Origin: an uncultured bacterium
GTDB taxonomy: Bacteria; Babelota; Babeliae; Babelales; RVW-14
Reading direction: 5' to 3'
NCBI GenBank assembly: GCA_963759805.1
Contig: CAVXAT010000003.1
Location: 1 to 25,196, forward strand
Length of the DNA: 25,196 nt
Shown piece after piece: positions 18,777 to 25,196 of the stretch. How positions within the stretch are numbered: the stretch's first letter is position 1; every line of letters starts with the position of its first letter. The notes beneath the pieces are model-generated. The model saw only the letters and a list, made by a program, of their open reading frames with translations. It was not told the origin of the DNA and searched no databases. A program made the position numbers and the translations under genes.

Positions 18777-20466
18777 TTAACCATTCTTCTTGAAAAGCGT
18801 GTTATAATAATAGTTTTTGCAACAATTCAAATCATGCCTTAAGTGCGGCTGCTGCTGCCTTTTTAACATTAACATTTGAATAAGGCTATGGGCTAATGTA
18901 TGAGGCTGTTTCTTTGGTCTGATTACCAAAATAGGGTTCAACTTTAAGACTTGTGCAAACGGTCTGGATATTTTGTGCGCTACAATGGAGATCGATTTCG
19001 TGGTTGCGAAATGCACCAACGCATGTTGATCAGTAAAATTCAAGATAAAATCAAACGGTTTATTGGCTCTGAATCGAACTTCTCGACCATCTAGGGTAAG
19101 GTTCTGGAAGACCAATTTTATCAAAAGTCTTCTTTCTTCGATGTTTAGAATTTAAAAATAGCTCAGGAGCTCGGCTTAGCAGATCCAGAAGGTATTTTGC
19201 CGTTATTTCGTAATTATCGTCTGTCTCTTTAATCATGTAAAGCTTGCCTTCGATCTCAGAGATTTTCTCTACAAGCTCTTGACGATATTCGTCATATTCT
19301 TCCGCAGTAATACTCCCTTTGTTTTTATCCCAGTAAAGATTACGCTTCATTTTGTTTAAGGTTTCATGTTCCTTATTCAATTCATCAAGTTGTTTGTGTT
19401 TGAATTCTCTTTTTTCCCCACGAACAAGCTCGAGATTATTTGAGATTTTAACTGCGACATCTTGCGGGATTTGCATACGTCTAAAAAAATTAGCAATTTG
19501 CTCTGTGATTTCTTCTTCCTTCATATATGGTAAAGTATGCTTTGCTCTCTTTTTACTGCAATAATAATAAAAGTGGCCTTTTTTGTCTTCCGGAGTGATA
19601 GCATGATTGCATTTGCCACAAAGAATTAAGCTGCGATAAAAAAAAGCTTTTCCGGCGTATTTGAATCGTCTTTTGTTGAAACTTGCTTTATGCTGCTGAA
19701 CTTGGTCAAAAAGTGCCTTAGAAATAATAGGTGGGTAACGATGAGGGTATTCTTGCCCGTTCCAGCTCATGATTCCATAATAAAATTTATCTCTAAGAAT
19801 CCTGTCTGCGGTTCCTGGTTGCCACGTAATTCCATAATCATCTTTTAGCCTAAGGCATAGCAGCTCCATCGAATACCCCCTGGTTCCATACAACTCAAAC
19901 GTCTTTTTCACGATATTGGATGTATATTCGTCTACAACAATATCTGTTTTACTGTCTGAAATGGTTATGTTTTTATAGCCATAATGCGCCTTGCCTGGAA
20001 ATTCGCCCTTACTTAGCTTTTGCTCCTGAGCGCGTTTAACATTGTCGCTTATTGCATCAGAGTAATATTTTGACAATCCCAAACTCATACTAAAATTAAA
20101 TTTTTCTGCTGCGGAAAGTCTGCTATTTATGATCTGCCCGTCCGACGCAAAATGAAGTTCAATTCCATCATTTAGTGCCTTATCGTAAAGTACAGAGACC
20201 CGTTTATCGAAAACGTTTCTGGATAGCCGATCAACTTTATCAAAACATACAGCAACTTTATCCTTTTGTTTGATTACAAAATCTAAAATTGCATCAAAAT
20301 CTTTTCTTTTATTCTTATATGCGCTTTCATCAAAGCTGAATTCTTTGAGCAGTTCAAAGCCTTTATTCTGGCAATATTTTTTTAATCTTTCAATTTGCGC
20401 TGGGAGTGAGTTTCCCGCTTCTCGTTGTTCCTCGGTGCTAACACGTGCAATTATTATGGCTTTCAT
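18777..20466 (-). CDS. Large serine recombinase (catalytic, recombinase, Zn-ribbon and coiled-coil domains); frameshift near 19145, 3' end uncertain
   Basis: ARVSTEEQ (catalytic Ser), DKVDRLSRN, YGY, ILRDKFYYG, PIISKALFDQVQ, CGKC...YYYC. Removing one A gives SNIEERRLLIKLVFQNLTLDG...KPFD. RBS GAGG. Confidence 0.92.
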
Positions 20467-20586
20467 TTTTACCTCTTAAATTTTTAAATTATTTGGATTA
20501 TCATTATTTAACATTTATGCTTTAAAATCAACACATTTCAAGCATTTTCAACGTGCACTTTTTGTTACTGTTTAACATAAATTTAA

Positions 20587-20626
20587 GCGATAGAAGTCTC
20601 CCTTGATAAAAAAAAACTCCTATCGC
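20587..20626 (-). terminator. Long G.U-rich hairpin between the mini-recombinase and recombinase genes
   Basis: Minus strand GCGAUAGGAGUUUUUUUU-loop-AAGGGAGACUUCUAUCGC pairs fully only with G.U wobbles, so it is strand-specific. Confidence 0.45.
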
Positions 20627-20705
20627 CCTGATTTGTGTCGCTATATGGTATTTTCTTCAATTACCATTACATTAGATCGCCTTCGAAATCAAACAAATCC
20701 ACCCA

Positions 20706-20753
20706 GCCCGCTCGTGGTGAGCTTGTCGAACCATCGCCCATGGGGCGGCGGGC
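20706..20753. repeat. Solitary REP-like palindromic element
   Basis: GCCCGCTCGTGGTGAGCTTGTCGAACCATCGCCCATGGGGCGGCGGGC is a GC-rich patch containing the widespread TGAGCTTGTCGAA core, an outer GCCCGC/GCGGGC stem and an inner CGCCC/GGGCG hairpin. Confidence 0.55.
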
Positions 20754-20786
20754 AGATTTTCAAAAGAGATCTATTGTTTCTTTCAG

Positions 20787-21230
20787 CTACTCTCCACTGA
20801 TGGTTTCGCCTAAAGTTTGTGTATAATGCTTGGCTAATAAAAAACTTAAGTGAAATCTAAATTTATCAACTGCAGTAGAATTTTTGTCTAGAATCAAACA
20901 CTCTGATAGAAAATGTAGTTCAATTTCACCCTTTATTGCTTGTTCAAATAGTTGATGCGCTTTATCATTGAAGATTTTGTGAATCAAATGATTCTCGCGA
21001 TCAAAACAAACAGCAACTGGCTCATGCTGTTCTGCAAGTGCATTGATTATTTCATCAATTTTGTCTTGCTGTTTTTGATATGATTTTTTGCCCAGGCTAA
21101 ATTCTTTGACAACATCAAGTCCCTTTTTCTGACAATAAAACTTCAGACGTTCGATTTGGGCTGACAACGAATTATTTGCATCTTGTTTTTTGTTGCTAGA
21201 TTGAGCGATAATTATGGCTTTCATATTCAT
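20787..21230 (-). CDS. Stand-alone serine recombinase catalytic-domain paralog lacking the catalytic arginines
   Basis: Collinear with the first ~145 aa of the downstream recombinase (MKAIIIA, NSL.AQIERLK.YCQ.KG, KEFS, VAVCFD, IELHF, KF.F), but ARVS becomes AQSS and DRLSR becomes NHLIH. Confidence 0.85.
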   Translation of the reverse strand: MNMKAIIIAQSSNKKQDANNSLSAQIERLKFYCQKKGLDVVKEFSLGKKSYQKQQDKIDEIINALAEQHEPVAVCFDRENHLIHKIFNDKAHQLFEQAIKGEIELHFLSECLILDKNSTAVDKFRFHLSFLLAKHYTQTLGETISGE

Positions 21231-21287
21231 AAACTTTCGAAAAAATAATTAAATAAATAACTTACTTTGATTTTTGTTAATTAAGCG

Positions 21288-21575
21288 CTATATCATTACA
21301 TCTTCATCTCCTTTCCATTGCATCATTTGTCGAACAAATTTTCTTTCTAAAATTGCTTGATTTGTATAGCGACCATGCCTAAAATTCGCCTTAGCCGCAC
21401 GTTCTTTGCCTTGTTGAGTCTTTGGTCCAGTTGATAAGCCTCCGTGCAATCTACACCGACCATTTTTCATTGCCGGCTGCCGGCATGGTTGATGATTATT
21501 TCTTCGAGATTTTGCTCCGCATCTTTTAGCTTGCAATAACACCTTGGCAAGAAGTAGACCCCTACTTTTTTTCAT
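21288..21575 (-). CDS. HGGxSTG-domain protein
   Basis: RCGAKSRR....CRQPAMKNGRCRLHGGLSTGPKTQQGKER...ANFRHGRYT; start set at ATG 21575 behind GGAGG. Confidence 0.9.
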   Translation of the reverse strand: MKKSRGLLLAKVLLQAKRCGAKSRRNNHQPCRQPAMKNGRCRLHGGLSTGPKTQQGKERAAKANFRHGRYTNQAILERKFVRQMMQWKGDEDVMI

Positions 21576-22272
21576 TGTCCCCTCCCCCCTGGTTAATTTG
21601 ACCATTTACTACAGCTTGGCCACCACTTCCGACATTTACATGCTGAACAGTAACCTTTTGCTCTCCTTTGCGCCTGTATCGATTAAGAGTCTCTAGTGTT
21701 TCGTTATAAACACGCATAAGTTTCGTTGCTCTGTTTACATTTAGATCCACGCCTTCAGGTGTTTGTGCAGCATTTGAAGCTCTGCTCATAAATTCCATGT
21801 AATGGCTGTGAAGAGCAATAAGGCGGGTGCAAAGCATTCCCTCAAATTCGTCTTTTGGACTAAGTGATAATAATGCAGCATTAATTGAATTAAGCATTTC
21901 TGCTTGGTTATCTTTTGAATTTGTAAAAAGTGCATTGTAGGCTTGCGCTTGTAACATAGCTGCAAATCCAAAATCTGCCGATCCATAAATGGCGTAATAA
22001 TTTGCATTAACCAAATCAAAACTTGGATGATCTGGACGGGTTCCTTCAGCCGCTAAGGTTGTAACTTTTTTTCCGTCTTTATCTTCAGTGATATTTTGCT
22101 TAAATTTGAAGCAAGGCGTTGAAATTTTTATTTTCTCTTCCCATTGAGAAAGTCGCTCAGCATCAATCTCTTTTTGTGTTTTTTGAGTAGACAAAGGTGA
22201 ATTTGTAGGTAAGGTTTCTTTCATGCTTTCATTGGTAATGGGTAGTGATTTCTTATTTGCATCCTCAATCAT
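21562..22272 (-). CDS. Conserved hypothetical protein, typical partner of HGGxSTG genes
   Basis: PKDEFEGML...LIALH...M...NRATKLMRVY...LETLNRYRRKGEQKVTVQHVNVGSGGQAVV; overlaps the HGGxSTG start; AAGGA RBS. Confidence 0.75.
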   Translation of the reverse strand: MIEDANKKSLPITNESMKETLPTNSPLSTQKTQKEIDAERLSQWEEKIKISTPCFKFKQNITEDKDGKKVTTLAAEGTRPDHPSFDLVNANYYAIYGSADFGFAAMLQAQAYNALFTNSKDNQAEMLNSINAALLSLSPKDEFEGMLCTRLIALHSHYMEFMSRASNAAQTPEGVDLNVNRATKLMRVYNETLETLNRYRRKGEQKVTVQHVNVGSGGQAVVNGQINQGGGDNEKK

Positions 22273-22308
22273 TGTGGTTTTCCTTTTACTTAAAAAGTTT
22301 GACTTATA

Positions 22309-23940
22309 TCAATAGCTCCCTGTTGTGGAAATAATTTTTGTAGTTTTGGCCTTATTTCGTGATTTCTTTCTTCCGATAGCAAAAATTGTTTTAATTCTAA
22401 AAGATGCGTTCAACCGGTTTGTAACAGATTTTGTAAATCCATGATTTTTCAAAATATCCAGTTGTTTTTGAGTTGGTGGTAGATTGTGTGCCTCTTTGAC
22501 CCAATATCCATTTAAGTCGGTAAAATTCATGCTAAAATTCTCATACGCATATTTCTCACAAAGTTCAATGCAGCTGGATAAAGACTTTTGAAGAAGAAAC
22601 GTACGTACTTCCTTACTCATACAATTATGCGTTATAACAAGTCCATTTTCATGAGGTTTGATAATAACTTCATTCTTATTATCATCGTCTGTAAGTGATA
22701 TTTCATCGTCTCCGATATCTGCCCAGAAAAAGGTTGACTGAATACCGCGTATATCAAATTCATGATCAATATCTTTTAACGTTTTTATTCGTGAAATCCG
22801 TTTACTACGTTGATGCTCTTCCTCTTGATCTCCGTCCTCACGAATTATTTTAGCTTCGGGAATTATCTGATTTAATGAAATAATAAAACGCATATTGTGG
22901 TATCGATCTGTAAAGTCTAGAACTAGGCAATTCTCCTTCCCCTGATGGATTCTTAAACCTCTTCCTATCATTTGAGTGTATAGCAACGTACTTTTTGTTG
23001 GTCTTGCCATAACAATTGCCGTAGTAGAAGGTTCATCAAACCCCTCCGTTAAAACTATACAAGAGGTTATGACTTGAATTTTACCTTTTGCAAAATCAGA
23101 TAACACTTTTTTACGCTGCCCTTTGTCCATAGCCCCCCAGACAGCTTTAGCTTTGATTCCCTGATGATTAAATTCTTCGGCAAGATCATGACAGTGTTTT
23201 ACATTCACGCAAAAGACTATGGCCTTACGATTTGATGCATATTCCTTAAATTTATCGACAACGAATTTATTGCGATCTTTGGTATTAACCACAGTAGCTA
23301 ATTCTTTAGCGACAAAATCACCTTTATCAGAATGCACCTTGCTTAGGTTAAAACTGGTTAAAATTCGTCGGCCAATTACATCGGATAGGTAACCAGCCTT
23401 TATTAGTTCGCCAATAGTTATTGAATAGACCAATTTGCTGAAAACTTGTCCTAGTTCATTTTTATCCGATCTCATTGGTGTTGCGGTTACACCAACCAAA
23501 AGCTTTTCTGAATTGTCTAAAAAACCCAGATTCTTAATTATTCTTTGATATGAATTTGCCGGTGCATGGTGAGCTTCATCGATCATAAAAAGGTCAAAGC
23601 CCATTTCTTCAAGTTTCTTTAAATTCCCTGGCCTACTGCAAGTTTGAACCGAGGCTATAATAATTTGAGCCGCTAATTCTTTTTTTTCGGCATTATAGAT
23701 TCCAATATTGGCTTCTGGCCAGTACTTTCGAAAAGTCTTTTTCGTTTGTTGAATTAGTTCATCCAGATGAGAAATAATTAGAGCTTTTTTATTGAGATGT
23801 TTTGCGATGGCCGCCATCAGGATAGTTTTACCACCTCCTGTTGGAATAACTATAAGTTGACGGTTAATGCCGTTTTGAGATTCTTTTATTACGCAATCAA
23901 GAGCTTCTTTTTGATAGTTTCTTAGTGCCATTTGATCCAT
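22309..23940 (-). CDS. SF2 DEAH-box helicase (ResIII/Irc3-like)
   Basis: LRNYQ Q-motif, PTGGGKT, IDEAHH, VTATP, AIVFC, LTEGFDEP, ARPTKS, QMIGRGLR, CLVLDF; C-terminal PTQKQL motif. Confidence 0.93.
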   Translation of the reverse strand: MDQMALRNYQKEALDCVIKESQNGINRQLIVIPTGGGKTILMAAIAKHLNKKALIISHLDELIQQTKKTFRKYWPEANIGIYNAEKKELAAQIIIASVQTCSRPGNLKKLEEMGFDLFMIDEAHHAPANSYQRIIKNLGFLDNSEKLLVGVTATPMRSDKNELGQVFSKLVYSITIGELIKAGYLSDVIGRRILTSFNLSKVHSDKGDFVAKELATVVNTKDRNKFVVDKFKEYASNRKAIVFCVNVKHCHDLAEEFNHQGIKAKAVWGAMDKGQRKKVLSDFAKGKIQVITSCIVLTEGFDEPSTTAIVMARPTKSTLLYTQMIGRGLRIHQGKENCLVLDFTDRYHNMRFIISLNQIIPEAKIIREDGDQEEEHQRSKRISRIKTLKDIDHEFDIRGIQSTFFWADIGDDEISLTDDDNKNEVIIKPHENGLVITHNCMSKEVRTFLLQKSLSSCIELCEKYAYENFSMNFTDLNGYWVKEAHNLPPTQKQLDILKNHGFTKSVTNRLNASFRIKTIFAIGRKKSRNKAKTTKIISTTGSY

Positions 23941-24023
23941 ACAATTTCCTTGCAGTTTTCCTTACGTTTTCATATGTAAAAAATAATTAATAAAAACTAT
24001 CTTAAATTTAATATATGACTTGA

Positions 24024-24050
24024 AAATTAAGCGGGCCCCACTAAAGCCCA
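24024..24050 (+). repeat. 27-bp exact direct repeat, copy 2
   Basis: AAATTAAGCGGGCCCCACTAAAGCCCA, identical to 16916-16942. Confidence 0.95.
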
Positions 24051-24103
24051 CTATTTAAAAAAGACTGAATTTTACGTGATAAAATCAAGCCCAGAATTCA
24101 TTT

Positions 24104-24131
24104 TTGACTTTAAAAGCCGTTCTGGTAACTT
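24104..24131 (+). promoter_or_regulatory. Sigma70 promoter for T-box/aspS
   Basis: TTGACT (24104-24109), 16 bp, TGg-TAACTT (24123-24131); the predicted start lies a few nt before T-box Stem I. Confidence 0.6.
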
Positions 24132-24141
24132 AAATTCGAGA

Positions 24142-24375
24142 GGCGATGACGATGCTGACACATCTGAGCCAAGGAAAGAACGCCGAATTTGATTATCAAG
24201 TTTGTTTAGGACAATCCTTCGGGTGTGCCCGTGATAGCACAAAGTCATACCAGTGCATGGTGAGGCTGAGGGGTCAGACTGAATTGATCTGGCAAGTAAG
24301 GTGGCACCGCGAACAGCAATTCGTCCTTACATATTTATTAGGCAACTTATTAAATTCTGCGGGAGCCAAATATGT
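24142..24375 (+). ncRNA. T-box riboswitch with ultrashort Stem I, Asp (GAC) specifier, probably translational
   Basis: Stem I GGC-GAU-GA-C-GAUG-[CUGACA]-CAUC-UGA-GCC (24142-24170); Stem II AAGGA/UCCUU with AGAA; pseudoknot CGG/CCG with GUGC/GCAC; T-box GUAAGG-UGGCACC-GCGAA...UUCGU-CCUUAC (24296-24330); directly upstream of aspS. Confidence 0.9.
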
Positions 24376-25196
24376 TTTCAGAACAACGAATTTTATCATC
24401 TAATCTTAAGAACTATCTCAATAAAACAGTTAGTGTATCTGGATGGTTGCATAAGAAGCGCAATCTGGGGAAAATTGCCTTTCTTGTTGTACGTGACAGG
24501 CACGGGCTCATGCAGATCTTATTTATAATCAAACAGAAATAGCCAAGCTTGAACATTTACATCAAGGCTCGATACTCAACATTTCCGGTATGGTTGTTGA
24601 TGCCCCAAAAACTCAATTTGGTTGTGAATTACACAACGCTTCAATCGAAGTTGCCGTCGCCGTAATAGATCCAAGTCCAGTTGAAATAGATAAGCCAATT
24701 GATCATCGGCAAGAAGTTCTGGCTAACATTTTTGATTGGCGGATTCTGACCATGAGAAATGTAACAGAGCAAGGCATATTCAAAATTCAATCTGGTGTGA
24801 GTGATGCAATTCGTTCATTTTTAACGTCAAATGACTTTGTTGAATTTCACAGTCCAAAATTACTCGCTGGTTCAACTGAAGGTGGAGCTAAAGTTTTCAA
24901 ACTTGATTACTTTGGTAAGCAGGCAACGCTTGCTCAATCTGCTCAATTCTATAAACAGATTATGGTTGGAGCATTTGAACGTGTATTCGAATTTGGTGCA
25001 ACTTATCGCGCAGAGCCAAGCATGACATCTCGTCATCTAACTGAATTCATAACAGTTGACGTTGAGATGGGTTTTATAAATGGCATGGAAGATATTATGC
25101 AGACAATCAACGATATGATCCTGCATGTGGAACAAATCGTTCTGGCAAACTTACGAAAAAGAACTGCTCGCACTTAATGCAACAAAACCTTTGCTC
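24372..25196 (+). CDS. aspS: Non-discriminating (archaeal-type) aspartyl-tRNA synthetase, 3' partial; frameshifts near 24518 and 25140
   Basis: GGGAG RBS and ATG 24372: MFSEQRIL...VSGWLHKKRNLGKIAFLVVRDRHGLMQ (OB fold), then FVEFHSPKL, TEGGAKVF, LAQSAQFYKQ, FERVFE, YRAEPSMTSRHLTEF. His in GWLH and Pro in DAPK fit the non-discriminating type. Confidence 0.92.

Larger units (their letters stand above)
14666..24050 (-). mobile_element. Integrative element / phage satellite-like island with a large serine recombinase (boundaries approximate)
   Basis: Co-oriented recombinase, Rep, SpoVG-like, TerS-like, HGGxSTG and helicase genes lie between two divergent housekeeping-type promoters (transporter and aspS); no capsid or tail genes. 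Confidence 0.75.

Noticed and set aside
708..20479. Numerous 60-112 aa ORFs antisense to or nested in the long genes
   Set aside because: They are shadows of well-supported genes and show no motifs of their own.
20603..20826. Short plus-strand ORFs containing PLVVSLSNH / ARGELVEP
   Set aside because: These are translations of the REP-like palindrome, not credible proteins.
22309..23940. Helicase as a type I/III restriction subunit
   Set aside because: No methyltransferase or specificity gene nearby and no recognisable PD-(D/E)xK nuclease motif.
16916..24050. CRISPR interpretation of the 27-bp repeats
   Set aside because: Only two copies, 7.1 kb apart, with no spacer periodicity and no cas genes.
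14660..24100. tRNA or tmRNA integration target at the element ends
   Set aside because: No cloverleaf or T-arm consensus is visible at either boundary.
24176..24181. AAC (Asn) as an alternative T-box specifier
   Set aside because: It lies in the AGAAC internal-loop motif of Stem II, not in Stem I.
24146..24528. ORFs 24146-24403 and 24301-24528
   Set aside because: They overlap the T-box RNA and the true aspS N-terminus, which starts at 24372 in another frame.

Overview
AT-rich bacterial DNA, most likely from an amoeba-associated intracellular bacterium such as Ca. Dependentiae/TM6 (inference from the TLC/Npt nucleotide transporter, DUF2608 and many lipoprotein-like exported enzymes). It has four blocks. 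(1) 1-1765 (+): the 3' end of an AAC(6')-Ib-like GNAT and two hypothetical ORFs. (2) 14386->1762 (-): a tightly packed ~12.6 kb putative operon behind a ~240-nt structured leader. It encodes an NTP/NDP transporter, a DUF2608 HAD protein, a PAF-AH/S41 fusion, a CPT-like kinase-DUF3471 fusion, a beta-lactamase-like serine hydrolase, a nucleotidyltransferase, an APH/choline-kinase-like protein, an alpha/beta hydrolase-TPR protein and a ~778-aa secreted clan-CD (His-Cys) protease-like protein. (3) ~14.7-24.05 kb (-): a capsid-less integrative element. It carries an SF2 helicase, an HGGxSTG protein and its partner, a catalytically dead mini-paralog of the adjacent large serine recombinase, a 522-aa orphan, a SpoVG-like protein, a Rep/CRI-type initiator, a TerS-like gene largely missed by the ORF track, and two exact 27-bp repeats. 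(4) 24.1 kb-end (+): a promoter, an ultrashort-Stem-I T-box riboswitch with an Asp (GAC) specifier and no terminator, and a non-discriminating aspS. More than ten small indels split genes, including aspS, so they are most likely long-read consensus errors and not true pseudogenes.
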